From: Candidatus Marinacidobacterales bacterium
Lineage (GTDB): Bacteria > Acidobacteriota > Vicinamibacteria > Marinacidobacterales > DATDRI01
Length of the DNA stretch: 64,000 nucleotides
Direction: 5' to 3'
Assembly (NCBI GenBank): GCA_965219415.1
Contig: CBDCNP010000002.1
Coordinates: forward strand, 704,001-768,000
Positions within the stretch are counted from its first letter, which is position 1, and each line of letters begins with the position of its first letter. Positions 1 through 10,804 of the stretch are shown in pieces. The translations under genes were made by a program, and so were the position numbers. A model generated the notes under the pieces. It did not search any database, was not told the DNA's origin, and saw only the letters and a list, made by a program, of their open reading frames with translations.

Positions 1-1196
1 CCTCCAAGCGTCTCGATTCCGAGTGACAACGGTGTGACGTCGAGCAAGAGCAAATCCTTCACCTCGCCCGATAGAACCCCTGCTTGAATGCCGGCGCCCA
101 CCGCGACGACTTCGTCCGGATTGACCCCCTTGTGCGGGTCCTTTGAGAAGAGCTCCCGCACCATCTCCTGTACTTTGGGGATTCGTGTGGAGCCTCCGAC
201 AAGCACTACCTCGTCGATCTCTTTCGCCTTGAGGTCCGCGTCCTGCATGGCTTGCTTACAGGGACCGACCGTTCTTTGCAGCAAATCGTCGATCAGCTGT
301 TCTAGCTTGGAACGACTGAGACGCAAAGAAAGATGCTTCGGCCCCGACGCGTCCGCGGTAATGAACGGCAGGCTAATCTCCGTTTCCATCGTCGACGAAA
401 GCTCAATCTTCGCTTTTTCCGATGCCTCTTTGAGCCGTTGCAATGCCATCCGATCTTTGGACAGGTCGATCCCCTGCTCCTTGACGAACTCATCGATGAT
501 CCAATCGATGATCCTTTGATCGATGTTGTCTCCGCCGAGATGCGTGTCACCATTGGTCGACTTGACCTCGACCACGCCCTCACCTACCTCCAAGATCGAA
601 ATATCGAACGTCCCTCCTCCGAAGTCGTAAACGGCGATCTTCTCATCCGACTTCTTGTCCAACCCGTAAGCGAGGGCCGCCGCGGTCGGCTCATTGACGA
701 TGCGCATGACTTCGAGGCCCGCGATCTTGCCGGCGTCTTTGGTAGCTTGCCGCTGGCTGTCGTTGAAGTAAGCGGGCACGGTGATCACCGCCTGTTCGAC
801 CTTGGTCCCCAAGTAGTCCTCGGCGGCCTGTCTCATCTTTTGCAGGATCATGGCGGAGATCTCGGGCGGCGAATGTTGGCGTCCCTTGATCTCCACCCGC
901 GCGTCGCCGTTGTCTGCCTCAATCACTTTGTAGGGAACCATCTTCATCTCTTCCGAGACTTCCTCGTAACGACGCCCCATGAATCTCTTGATTGAGAAAA
1001 CGGTATTCTCCGGGTTGGTGACCGCTTGACGCTTGGCAACCTGCCCTACCAGCCGCTCGTTTCCTTTAGTGAACGCGACCACGGACGGAGTCGTGCGACT
1101 CCCTTCGGGGTTCGTTATGACGGACGGGTTGCCGCCCTCCATGACCGCGACCACGGAATTCGTAGTACCGAGGTCGATGCCGATGATCTTGCCCAT
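1..1196 (-). CDS. dnaK: Chaperone DnaK (Hsp70), 5' part; runs off the window start
   Basis: The minus strand translates [22 protein letters not shown]...TVPAYF...DLGGGTFD...[17 protein letters not shown]. It is not in the ORF track because it is open at the window edge. Confidence 0.97.
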   Translation of the reverse strand, partial: MGKIIGIDLGTTNSVVAVMEGGNPSVITNPEGSRTTPSVVAFTKGNERLVGQVAKRQAVTNPENTVFSIKRFMGRRYEEVSEEMKMVPYKVIEADNGDARVEIKGRQHSPPEISAMILQKMRQAAEDYLGTKVEQAVITVPAYFNDSQRQATKDAGKIAGLEVMRIVNEPTAAALAYGLDKKSDEKIAVYDFGGGTFDISILEVGEGVVEVKSTNGDTHLGGDNIDQRIIDWIIDEFVKEQGIDLSKDRMALQRLKEASEKAKIELSSTMETEISLPFITADASGPKHLSLRLSRSKLEQLIDDLLQRTVGPCKQAMQDADLKAKEIDEVVLVGGSTRIPKVQEMVRELFSKDPHKGVNPDEVVAVGAGIQAGVLSGEVKDLLLLDVTPLSLGIETLG

Positions 1197-1249
1197 CGCT
1201 TTATGCCCTCCCTAGAAGGTACCTCCGTTTGGAGGCTCAGTCGCCGTAA

Positions 1250-1278
1250 AGGATAGAATATGAGCGCGAATTTGTCAA
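1250..1278 (-). promoter_or_regulatory. Sigma70-type promoter for dnaK
   Basis: The minus strand reads TTGACA-17 bp-TATCCT, about 55 bp upstream of the dnaK ATG. Confidence 0.6.
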
Positions 1279-1507
1279 ATTTTTTGCGGTTTTCTCTAGA
1301 GAAAAACCTTGTCCGGCGAGGGATACAAGGTGTCACTTGCGGGTGACCACCAAAAGGGTGAGACATGGACGAGTATTCCACTTAAACTTCTGAGACATAT
1401 GGGATTGTGCGGTTTGCACCCGGAGAGCGAAGATGGTACACAGGTTGCAAAGCCATAGGTTAGCGGACCGGCCCGGCCGCCGGTCCGCGGTAACCATGGA
1501 GGCCAAC

Positions 1508-3388
1508 ATGACCCGCAAGGCAATTCTCCAACTTAGCGTCCTCGCCCTCGTACTGCCCGGGTTCGCCTATGCATCGTCCGGCCAAGCCTCACAGGCCGGA
1601 CGCTCCTACACCTATGGTCACATCAGCTACGTCGAAGGAGAAGTTACCCTCCAACGTGCCATCGAGCCGGAACCCTCGGGGGCGGGCGTTAACGAGCCCG
1701 TCACCCCGGGGGATCGAGCCTGGACCGCAACATTTGGTCGGGCGGAGGTCCGGCTCGCGGACGGTTCCCTCCTACGGATGGACGAACGCACCAAGGTCGA
1801 CTTCGTCGCTTTCGGCGAAGCGGCCGGCCAGGAAACATTGGTTCGACTCTGGAGTGGAAGCATCATCCTTCGCCTCGTCGATGCCGGAGGTGCCACGTTT
1901 CGCGTCGACACCCCCGGAGGAAGTATCTTCCCCGTATCGGAAGGTTTGATCCGGATCGACGTCGACGAGAGCGGCACCACCACGCTCTCCGTCTATGAGG
2001 GTGTCTCAGAGCTCGCCTCCGAAGGTGGATCGGTCTTGGCTCGAAGCGGACAGCGCAGCTTGGTCCAGTCTGGCCTTAGACCCGAGCCGTCCTACGAGTT
2101 CAACACCGCGCGTTGGGATGAGTTCTCCTCGTGGAGCGACGGTCGCGACCAACTCTACCGTCGCACGACACGGGTCAGGGGCGTTCAGGAGGAGGTCGCG
2201 GTCTATTCGGGTGAGCTCGACCACTACGGAACATGGCGCCGCGACACTTCGTACGGAAACGTTTGGTACCCGAGAGTCTCGGTAGGCTGGAGCCCGTACT
2301 ATCAAGGACGATGGGCCTACACGGCGTTCGGTTGGACGTGGGTGTCTTACGAGCCCTGGGGTTGGGCGCCCTACCACTATGGTCGCTGGGGTCACGGTGC
2401 CTACGGTTGGTACTGGATCCCAGGTGCACATTGGGGCCCGGCGTGGGTCTCCTGGGCTTTCGGACCTTCCTGGGTAGGCTGGTCTCCGCTCGGCTATCAC
2501 GACCGACCGGTCTTCGGCTATCGTTCCGTGTTTCACTATCGCGGTGGTCGCGCCGTCCCCCGACATCGCGTCACACGAGGTTGGAGTTTCTCCCGCAACC
2601 AACACTTCGCTTCACGCTCAGCCGCAACGACACGGCTGGGAGTGGAAGACGTTCGCGCTACTTCGAATCAAGCGCGGCTCTTGGAGTCTGGAGCTATCCT
2701 CGATAGGCGACTCGCAGCCCGGGCCGTCGGTCCAGCCGCGATGACTCGCGCTGCCAGACAACGCCGCGATGTGGACCGAACAGGGTCGATCCCCGGCCGG
2801 ACCACACGCGGTCTCGCGACGACTCGTGGCAGAGTTTTTCGGAGCGCCGGAACGGGCTCCGGCTCGAGCGCGGTGCCGACCCCACCGGCGCGGGTCCAAC
2901 AGCGTGACCGCAACGCTGCCGCTGCGTCGCGAGCGCGCACCGCGCCAAGCTCTCGTTCCGATGCTCTGCAACGGGGGCTAACGGCAACGACCAGGCGCAA
3001 CCCCGCAACCACCCCGTCCGCGTCGAACGAGCGAACGACTCTCCGCCGAACGGGGGCCCGTCCTCAGCCAAGCGCTGGACCGAGTTCGGAAACGGCGGCC
3101 ACCGGGAGTCGCCCCCGAGTGGGTAGTACTACGACACGCAGTACTACGACACGCACCATGAAACGGAGCACAGGCAGCAGCGCCGGAAGCAAGGACTTTT
3201 TCAGCCGCCGGCCCAGCGTCAGCGGATCTCGAACGGGAAGGAGTTCGGCCACCAAACCGTTGTCGACGGGACGCCCTTCTACCGCCAAGCCCCGGACAGG
3301 AAGCCAGAGCAAATCCTCTAGCAAGTCCTCTGGGGCGTCCCGGAGTCGAGGAACCCAGAAGAGTCGAGTCAAGAAGAACAAGAACTGA
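1508..3388 (+). CDS. Secreted FecR-domain protein with Trp/Gly/Tyr-rich (DUF6600-like) region and a disordered Ser/Thr/Arg-rich tail
   Basis: GGAGG precedes ATG 1508. It has a signal peptide, FecR-like ISYVEGEVTLQR...RAEVRLADGS, and GWSPYYQGRW...PWGWAPYHYGRW repeats. Confidence 0.8.
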   Translation: MTRKAILQLSVLALVLPGFAYASSGQASQAGRSYTYGHISYVEGEVTLQRAIEPEPSGAGVNEPVTPGDRAWTATFGRAEVRLADGSLLRMDERTKVDFVAFGEAAGQETLVRLWSGSIILRLVDAGGATFRVDTPGGSIFPVSEGLIRIDVDESGTTTLSVYEGVSELASEGGSVLARSGQRSLVQSGLRPEPSYEFNTARWDEFSSWSDGRDQLYRRTTRVRGVQEEVAVYSGELDHYGTWRRDTSYGNVWYPRVSVGWSPYYQGRWAYTAFGWTWVSYEPWGWAPYHYGRWGHGAYGWYWIPGAHWGPAWVSWAFGPSWVGWSPLGYHDRPVFGYRSVFHYRGGRAVPRHRVTRGWSFSRNQHFASRSAATTRLGVEDVRATSNQARLLESGAILDRRLAARAVGPAAMTRAARQRRDVDRTGSIPGRTTRGLATTRGRVFRSAGTGSGSSAVPTPPARVQQRDRNAAAASRARTAPSSRSDALQRGLTATTRRNPATTPSASNERTTLRRTGARPQPSAGPSSETAATGSRPRVGSTTTRSTTTRTMKRSTGSSAGSKDFFSRRPSVSGSRTGRSSATKPLSTGRPSTAKPRTGSQSKSSSKSSGASRSRGTQKSRVKKNKN

Positions 3389-3490
3389 TAAACTCCGACG
3401 TGTTACTCGACTCCCCTCACCCGACGTCTGGCCCGATCTATAACGGCACGACGTGTCTTGACGCCCGCAGTCCCCAAAGGGGAGAGGTTT

Positions 3491-3563
3491 GCCTACGCTA
3501 AATCTTCGGCGAGACCTCGCCGTAGCCGTTGTCACGCGTAGCGCTCCCAACGGCGAAGGCGGG
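3491..3563. repeat. REP-like palindromic intergenic element, copy 1
   Basis: GCCTACGCTAAATCTTCGGCGAGACCTCGCCGTAG...ACGGCGAAGGCGG lies between convergent genes and resembles 17613-17669. Confidence 0.5.
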
Positions 3564-3569
3564 AAACTA

Positions 3570-5192
3570 CTATTTGATGCGCAGGATCCAAGGCATCAAA
3601 AACAGGGCCTCCTCGCTCGCCAGGGGACCCAACAGATCAACGAGAGCCGTAAAAGGAGTCCCCGAGAGAGGAGAGCCCCACGGCAAACCAAAGGAGAGAA
3701 ACTCTCTAAGCCGGGGCCGCTTCGCATAGGTTACGACGCGGATCTTCTTCTGCGGGGCGATGCCTGCCCGAAGGCGTGCTAACTGAATCGCGGCCTCCAA
3801 ATCCCCTAGCTCATCGACTAACCCACGTTCCTTTCCTTGCCGACCGGTCCATACTCTTCCGCGCGCTACGTCGTCGACTTGCGCGGGCTCCAACCGTCGT
3901 CCTTCCGCGACGCGAGGCAGGAAGAGTTTTTCATAGAAGTAACGAAGTTGTGCACGCTGCTTGTCACGCTCCTCGATTGTGAAAGATCGAGTTGGCGAGC
4001 GGAAGCCAGCCCGCTTGGAGAGTGCGATCGTTTCGCGCTGTATTCCCAGCATGTCGAGTAGGCGGCGAGCAACCATCTTGCCTCCGAGAACCCCGATCGA
4101 GCCGGTCAACGTGGAAGCCTCCGCTACGATAGCGTCCGCGGCGGTGGCGATGTAGTACCCGCCCGACGACGCCACATCTCCCATGGAGACAATGACCGGT
4201 TTCACTTTGCGGGTGAGAGCGATGTCGCGCCAAATCAAATCCGAGGCCACGGCTGCCCCGCCCGGACTTTCGACCCGAAGGACCACCGCCTTGACCCGCC
4301 GCGATTCGCGAACGCGTTTGAGAAGCTCTTGGAAGCTGCGTGAGCTCACCACGCGGGTCGAGGGTCGTCCGCGACGGTGGTCAGAAGAAGTGATCACCCC
4401 GACCGCATACACGACGGCGACTTGCTGCCGACGAAACGTCAACAATCGTCGCAGCCATCCGTCGCGAACCGGGTAGCGACTAAGAGGAACAACCACAACA
4501 TCCACGTCCAACTTTTCCCGAAGCAGCGTTTCGCAGGCATCCTCATGCTCCACTCGGTCGACGAGCCCCAACGCCAATGCTTCCTCCGCGGTGTAGGGGC
4601 CGTCGCCAAAGACCTCCCGGACTCGCTCGGTGCCCAGGCCCCGCCCCTTGGCTATGGCATGCTCCAGCTGGTCGGATAAATCCAGAAGAAGAGACTGAAG
4701 CGCCTCGCGGCTCGGAGTGGACATCCCCCGCCGCATGAAGGTCTCCCCTGCGCTCTTGTACTCCCCCACGGAATCAAGCTCCGCCTCGACTCCGATTTGT
4801 TCCAGAAGGTCTTTGAAGAAAAACGCCTCCGCTTGAAGCCCCACGAGATCCAAGCTCGCACCTGGATGCATGATCAGCGTTTCGCAAGCGCAAGCGAGCG
4901 CGTAGTCGAGATTGCCCGCCCCTTCGAGAAACGCCACCACCGGCTTCCCCGAGGCATGAAACACTTCAATGGCACGAACCAGGCTAGCTGCCTTCGACCA
5001 ACCGATCTCCGGATGCGCGAATCTGACCAACAACGCTCCGATGCGACGGTCACCGGCCGCTTTTCGGATCGCCTGCGTGGCTCCCCGCAGATCCAGCTTG
5101 GGCGAACGGGCAAGAAAAGGGGTCTCCCCCCGTGTCTCCACAACCTCTTCCTCGAGCCGGACTTGTAGGATTTGTTTCCGCTTCCCTCTCAT
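3570..5192 (-). CDS. sppA: Signal peptide peptidase SppA (protease IV, S49 family)
   Basis: Two S49 domains with GEYKSAGE, LRVESPGG, SMGDVASSGGYYIA, TLTGSIGV and RGRVWTG. Confidence 0.92.
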   Translation of the reverse strand: MRGKRKQILQVRLEEEVVETRGETPFLARSPKLDLRGATQAIRKAAGDRRIGALLVRFAHPEIGWSKAASLVRAIEVFHASGKPVVAFLEGAGNLDYALACACETLIMHPGASLDLVGLQAEAFFFKDLLEQIGVEAELDSVGEYKSAGETFMRRGMSTPSREALQSLLLDLSDQLEHAIAKGRGLGTERVREVFGDGPYTAEEALALGLVDRVEHEDACETLLREKLDVDVVVVPLSRYPVRDGWLRRLLTFRRQQVAVVYAVGVITSSDHRRGRPSTRVVSSRSFQELLKRVRESRRVKAVVLRVESPGGAAVASDLIWRDIALTRKVKPVIVSMGDVASSGGYYIATAADAIVAEASTLTGSIGVLGGKMVARRLLDMLGIQRETIALSKRAGFRSPTRSFTIEERDKQRAQLRYFYEKLFLPRVAEGRRLEPAQVDDVARGRVWTGRQGKERGLVDELGDLEAAIQLARLRAGIAPQKKIRVVTYAKRPRLREFLSFGLPWGSPLSGTPFTALVDLLGPLASEEALFLMPWILRIK

Positions 5193-5383
5193 CGTCCTCT
5201 CCTTCGGCTCCCCCCGGCGTTTTCTCCCTCAATCTCCAGCGAGCCGATCTATGTGGGGCGTGGGCTTGGACCCCCACCCCCGCCGGAGGCTCGCTCTGGA
5301 CTTCCCTAATCGTGTATAATATGAGGTTAAGTCACAAAACGCGTGCCAAAAAAGGGCAACTGCCGCCTCTGAAGCTGAGCAGG

Positions 5384-7643
5384 ATGGCGATTCAAAGCAA
5401 GATAGAGCAAGCCAGCACTTCCTTCGACTGGGTAGGCCCCCTCTCCGCGACCCCCCTTCGCCGAAGTGCTTCGTAAGATTGCGCTCGAAGAACGCAGCGG
5501 CGACCTACAGGTCATCTTCGGCCAGACCATCAAGACGATCTATTTCGACCGCGGCTTCGTGGTCCTGGCCGCCAGCAACCTCAAGAGCGACCGGCTCGGG
5601 GAAAGCCTCATCGAGCGCGGCCGCATCTCCCGTCACGAATTGGCTCTGGCGACCATGTTGATGAAGACCGGCCAGAAGAAGATCGGCCAGGCCTTGGTCC
5701 AAGCCGGGGTGATGGCCGAGGAAGAGCTCGGTCGGAGCGTGGCATTGCAGGTCAACCGGATTGCCTTATCGCTCTTCAAAGCGACCGACGGGATCTACAG
5801 CTTCGATGAGCGGCCTACCAACATCCCGATGAAACTGATGGTCAGTCTTTCGATCTACCGGATCCTCCTAGAGGGAATCCGAAGGATGACCAAGGGAAAC
5901 CTAATCCTGCAGGGTCTCCCACCTCTCGATACCGTACTACGCGTTTCGGAACAGCCACCGCTTACCATCGACTTCGGTCAACTGAAGCCGGTCGAACAAT
6001 CGGTGCTTCGTGCCGCGGGACGTGGCGTCGTGCTCCAATCCATCACCGAAGGATTGGGGCACGATCAAGGACGAGTCCTCAGGGCCTGTTACGGCCTGCT
6101 ATGCGCCGGCCTTCTCGAGGAGAGCGAAACGGACAGGACGCCCCGGCCTCTCAAGGTACAAGAAGAGACCGGTGTCTTCCTGCTTTCCGACCTCGAGAAA
6201 AAGTTCGCAAAAATTCAAGCTACCACCGCGCGCCAAGAGATTCTCATGGAGTTCGACCATCTCGGCGAGATGGCGGAGGCCGACCTTCTCCAGATCGACA
6301 GGAAGGCCGATATGGAAGACATCCGACAGGCCTATGAGAGTCGACGCAAGGAGTGGTCGATCAAGAGGAATCTCGTCGAGCAAGAGCGCTCGCTGATCGT
6401 CAAGGTGGACGAAATCCAGGCCCGATTGGAACGGGCGTATCAACAAATGTTGTCGGATCACAGCGCGCCCTCGCCCCCGCTTTCCAACCAGGCTGCCGCG
6501 GAGTGGTCGGCGGTTGGTATCGAGTTCGCAGAGAGCGATGTCCTCGATCAAACCGGGGAGGGTGAAACCATAGAATCTTCGCCGGCTCAGCGTGCCCGCG
6601 CTCAGGAAGCCATCGAGAAGGTGCAAGAGCTCGAGGACGCGCGGCAGGCGCAACAAATCCAAGAAGCTCAGCGGACGAACGAAGAGGACGAGCTCGAAAT
6701 CGAAGTCGAGACCGGCGAATTTGATACGCCCGCGCTACCGCCGCTCATCGAAGATGAACCCGAAGAAGCTTCTTTCATCAAGAACGAAGTGGAGCTACAG
6801 CTCGGGTCACAGATTGAGCTCGAGGTGGAGGAAGCGGCTGCGCCCGCCGAGATCGAGATCGACGATGACGCTTCTCACGCGCAACTCAAGATAGATGAAG
6901 AAGCGGCCGGGCCGGGGATCGAAATCGAAGTAGAAGTAGACGTAGAAGAAGATACCGCGCCCAAAAAGCTAGAGGCGCGATCGGACTCCACGCCAAAGAT
7001 CCGAATCCCGAAAAAACCCAAGAGCCTGGAAACGATAGTAGAGGAAGAGACCGTCCCGAGCGGGACCGAAGCGCAAGAAGAAGCTGCATCTGCCGCCGAC
7101 ATCGAAATCGAGTTTGACGAAGAAACGAGCGAGCCAGCAGACACAAAACCGAACGTTCGCGATGCGGGAATGTCTTCTAGCGAAGACGAGGACCGATCGG
7201 AAGCGCCCCACGTCGTACAAAAAGAACTGTTGCCCGAGCAACGGGACGAGAGAGTGCGTCAACTGTTTCGCGATGTAAAGCTACACTTTACGGTGCGAGA
7301 TTGGGACGGTGCGGTCTCGCTTCTCATGGAACTAGTGGAGCTCGAACCGAACAACGCACACCATCACGGCATGCTCGCCAAGGCGATGTTGCGTCACCCT
7401 GTCATGCGCACGAACGCGGAACGTCACTTCATCGAAGCGCTGCGCCTCGATCCACAAGATGCCGATCTCCATTATTGGCTTGGCCTCTACTACAAGACCT
7501 TCGGATTGAAATCGCGAGCCGAGACCGAGTTTAGAACTGCGCTGCGGATCGACCCCAAACACGCGGGAGCCCACAAATACCTCACCGGTGGTGGCAAGAG
7601 GAAGGACCCGCTGAGCAACCTGTTCGGTAAGATCTTCGGGTAG
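5384..7643 (+). CDS. DUF4388-type N-terminal domain, degenerate J-like segment, acidic linker and C-terminal TPRs; one apparent frameshift near 5451-5456
   Basis: EERSGDLQV...KTIYFDRGFVVLAASN...RLGESL, then LLQIDRKADMEDIRQAYE, a Glu-rich linker and TPRs (ALRLDPQDADLHYWLGLYY). The ATG at 5384 joins this frame if one C is removed from a C6 run. Confidence 0.7.
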
Positions 7644-7681
7644 ATATAACTCGAAGCCCATCAGTAGCTTCCCCGTCAGGA

Positions 7682-7729
7682 ACCCCATATGTAGTAGTGC
7701 GACTAGCACTACTACCCAAAATCTGGTAT
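7682..7729 (+). promoter_or_regulatory. Tandem NrdR boxes
   Basis: accCcAtATgTaGtag (7682-7697) and accCaAaATcTgGtat (7714-7729) match acaCwAtATaTwGtg, start 32 bp apart, and lie upstream of an RNR gene. Confidence 0.8.
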
Positions 7730-7736
7730 TTTTCTC

Positions 7737-7766
7737 TTGACACTGGGTCTCAGCTAAAAGTATAAA
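7737..7766 (+). promoter_or_regulatory. Sigma70-type promoter of nrdJ
   Basis: TTGACA (7737-7742), 18 bp, TATAAA (7761-7766), directly after the NrdR boxes. Confidence 0.65.
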
Positions 7767-7960
7767 ATCTTCACCTAAACCAAGCCAAAGCGATTGACTG
7801 ATTTCCCGCTGCGGCCTGGACGTAGCGGCAAAGGGATTTCGCTCAAAGGCAAGGATTTCTAGTTTAGCGAGTTGGCTTCCGTGCTCGGGTCGTCGCAGTG
7901 TCGTTTCGTCTCTATACGAGATTGCTAGACTCGATTTGAGGATTTGGAGGGGAAAGGCGC

Positions 7961-10804
7961 ATGGGGACGTCCAAAAACGACATTTCGTTGGTAGTTGAGT
8001 CGGGCAAGACTACACGGGGATCCACGGGAAAACGTCCCGCATTGAAGTTTCAGCGCTATTTCACCCAAGCAGGGACTTCCCCGTTCGACGCCATCGAATG
8101 GGAGACCCGAGACGCCATCATCGCCAACGAAAAGGGAGACAGCATTTTCGAGCAGAGGGGCGTCGAGGTCCCCGCTAGTTGGTCGCAGATGGCGACCAAC
8201 ATCGTCGTGTCCAAGTACTTCCACGGAACGCTGGAGACTCACGAGCGAGAGCACAGCGCCCGTCAGTTGGTCGGTCGCGTGGTGAAGACCCTCACTCAAT
8301 GGGGCCTCAAGGGTGGGTACTTCGCTAGCGAGGAAGATGCGAATGCCTTCCATGACGATCTCGCTTTCTTACTGCTGAACCAATTTGCTTCTTTCAACTC
8401 GCCGGTGTGGTTCAATTGCGGCATCGAAGCCAGACCTCAATGCTCAGCATGTTTCATCAATTCCGTCGAAGACACGATGGATTCAATTCTGACCCTCGCC
8501 AAAACGGAGGGGATGCTCTTCAAATGGGGTTCTGGCACCGGTAGCAATCTGTCCCCACTGCGCAGCTCGCGCGAAAGACTCTCCGGGGGCGGAATCGCCA
8601 GCGGCCCCGTTTCTTTCATGAAGGGCTATGACGCCTTCGCCGGTGTCATCCGTAGCGGTGGGAAGACGCGGCGCGCCGCGAAGATGGTCATCTTGAACAT
8701 CGACCATCCCGACATCATGGAGTTCATCGAGTGCAAGACACGCGAAGAGAAGAAGGCGTGGGCTCTTATCGATGCCGGTTACGATCCGTCATTCAACGGC
8801 GAAGCCTATGCGTCGATCTTCTACCAGAACGCGAATCACAGCGTGCGCGTGACCGACGACTTTATGCAGGCGGTCGCCGAAGATCGCGATTGGGAGACGC
8901 GCGGTCGAACGAACGGCGAGCCGATGGATCGACATCCTGCCCGGGAGTACCTGCGCAAAATTTCCGAATCTACCCACGTCTGCGGTGATCCGGGCATGCA
9001 GTTCGACACCACCATCAACAATTGGCACACCTCCAAGAACACGGCGCGCATCAATGCCTCCAATCCATGCTCCGAGTACATGTACTTGGATGATAGCGCT
9101 TGCAACCTGGCCTCCTTGAACTTGATGAAGTTCTTGAAACCAGATGCGACGTTCAACGTCGAGTCTTTCCGCAAGGCGATCGATACAGTGATCACCAGCA
9201 TGGAAATCATTGTTGGAAACGCCAGTTATCCGACCGAGAGGATCGAGAAGAACTCTCATGCCTACCGCCCGCTCGGCCTAGGCTACGCCAACTTGGGCGC
9301 CATGCTCATGTATCAGGGAATTCCTTACGCGAGTGAAATCGGCCAAGACACCGCCGGAGCGATCACAGCAGTGATGACGGGTGAGGCCTACCTCCAGTCG
9401 GCTCGCATTGCCGCCTGCCTTGATCCGTTCGAAGGCTACGAGAAAAACAAAGAGCCAATGCTAGAAGTCATGGAAATGCATCGGTCCGCAGTGGACTGCA
9501 TCGATCCGGCGAGAGTGGAGCCGGATCTCTACCGCTCCGCCCACGACGTTTGGGACGAGACAGTGGAGGCCGGCCGTCGATACGGCTTCCGCAATGGTCA
9601 GGCTTCCGTGCTCGCCCCGACCGGCACCATCGGCTTGATGATGGACTGCGACACCACCGGGGTCGAGCCCGATCTGGCGTTGGTCAAATACAAGAAGCTA
9701 GTCGGCGGCGGCGTGATGAAGATAGTCAACCAAACGGTTCCTGCCGCGCTCGAGCGCCTGGGCTATAAAAAGCATGAGGTGAAGGGCATCGTCGACTACG
9801 TTCACGAGAATGGCTTCATCGAAGGAGCCCCCTCGCTCCGCGAAGAGCACTTGCCGGTATTCGACTGCGCGGTCGTTCCCGCTGGTGGAAGCCGCTCCAT
9901 CCCGTACATGGGCCACGTCAAGATGATGGCCGCGGTCCAGCCCTTTCTCTCCGGTGCCATCTCCAAGACGGTCAACATGCCTCAAGAGAGCACGGCCGAG
10001 GAGATCATGGAGACGTACATCGAGGCTTGGAAGCTCGGCCTCAAGGCTATTGCCATCTATCGGGACGGAAGCAAGCGCACCCAGCCTCTCAATACCATCT
10101 CCGATGCCCAGGCCGGAAAAAATGCCGCAAGGGAAGACTTGACGCGTCCGGTACAGCGGAAGATGGCGGTGGAGAGAAACGCCCTGACCCACAAGTTCAA
10201 CATCGCGGGCCACGAAGGCTACATCACCGTGGGACTTTACAACGATGGGAGCCCGGGCGAGATCTTCATCAACATGTCCAAAGAGGGGTCGACCGTCTCG
10301 GGTCTGATGGACGCGTTCGCGCGAGCGATATCCTACGCCCTCCAATACGGAGTGCCCTTGGAAGTCCTGGTGGACAAATTCACCCACACCCGTTTCGAGC
10401 CATCCGGCTTCACCGGCAATGCCGAGATCCCCTATGCGAAGTCCATCACCGACTACATCTTTCGTTGGCTGGCGGTGAAGTTCCTCACGCCGGACCAACG
10501 GGTGGCGGCGGGAGTTGCCCCCGACTCGAACAACGTAACGGACCCGGAAACCACAGCTGAGACGCCTCAGCCTGCAAGGCCTGCAAAGGTTGCCGACGAC
10601 GGGGCCCAGAAAGTAGTGCCACCACCCACTGCAACTCGGCCATCGGAGGACAACCGAGGCCCTATAGGCACGTCAAAAACGTCACCGAAGCTACCGAGGT
10701 TATACGAGGACGCACCACCTTGCTCAGTTTGTGGCTCGATCATGGTGAGGAACGGTAGCTGCTACAAGTGCCTCAATTGCGGAAGCACCAGCGGCTGTTC
10801 CTAA
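7961..10804 (+). CDS. nrdJ: Vitamin B12-dependent (class II) ribonucleotide reductase with C-terminal TSCPD-like and Zn-ribbon region
   Basis: SFNSPVWFN, QCSACFI, ASNPCSEY, ACNLASLNL, LAPTGTIG, C-terminal CSVCG...CYKCLNCGSTSGCS. Confidence 0.96.
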   Translation: MGTSKNDISLVVESGKTTRGSTGKRPALKFQRYFTQAGTSPFDAIEWETRDAIIANEKGDSIFEQRGVEVPASWSQMATNIVVSKYFHGTLETHEREHSARQLVGRVVKTLTQWGLKGGYFASEEDANAFHDDLAFLLLNQFASFNSPVWFNCGIEARPQCSACFINSVEDTMDSILTLAKTEGMLFKWGSGTGSNLSPLRSSRERLSGGGIASGPVSFMKGYDAFAGVIRSGGKTRRAAKMVILNIDHPDIMEFIECKTREEKKAWALIDAGYDPSFNGEAYASIFYQNANHSVRVTDDFMQAVAEDRDWETRGRTNGEPMDRHPAREYLRKISESTHVCGDPGMQFDTTINNWHTSKNTARINASNPCSEYMYLDDSACNLASLNLMKFLKPDATFNVESFRKAIDTVITSMEIIVGNASYPTERIEKNSHAYRPLGLGYANLGAMLMYQGIPYASEIGQDTAGAITAVMTGEAYLQSARIAACLDPFEGYEKNKEPMLEVMEMHRSAVDCIDPARVEPDLYRSAHDVWDETVEAGRRYGFRNGQASVLAPTGTIGLMMDCDTTGVEPDLALVKYKKLVGGGVMKIVNQTVPAALERLGYKKHEVKGIVDYVHENGFIEGAPSLREEHLPVFDCAVVPAGGSRSIPYMGHVKMMAAVQPFLSGAISKTVNMPQESTAEEIMETYIEAWKLGLKAIAIYRDGSKRTQPLNTISDAQAGKNAAREDLTRPVQRKMAVERNALTHKFNIAGHEGYITVGLYNDGSPGEIFINMSKEGSTVSGLMDAFARAISYALQYGVPLEVLVDKFTHTRFEPSGFTGNAEIPYAKSITDYIFRWLAVKFLTPDQRVAAGVAPDSNNVTDPETTAETPQPARPAKVADDGAQKVVPPPTATRPSEDNRGPIGTSKTSPKLPRLYEDAPPCSVCGSIMVRNGSCYKCLNCGSTSGCS

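Noticed and set aside
88-995. Plus-strand ORFs of 143 and 220 aa
   Set aside because: They are antisense shadows of dnaK. Most other overlapping ORFs in the track are likewise GC-rich shadow frames.
3125-3154. 15-bp tandem duplication AGTACTACGACACGC
   Set aside because: It is an in-frame STTTR duplication in a disordered tail, consistent with ordinary slippage.
7773-7960. Cobalamin riboswitch before the B12-dependent RNR
   Set aside because: No recognisable B12 box or conserved GGGAA / GCCCCCGC / GCCACTG elements.
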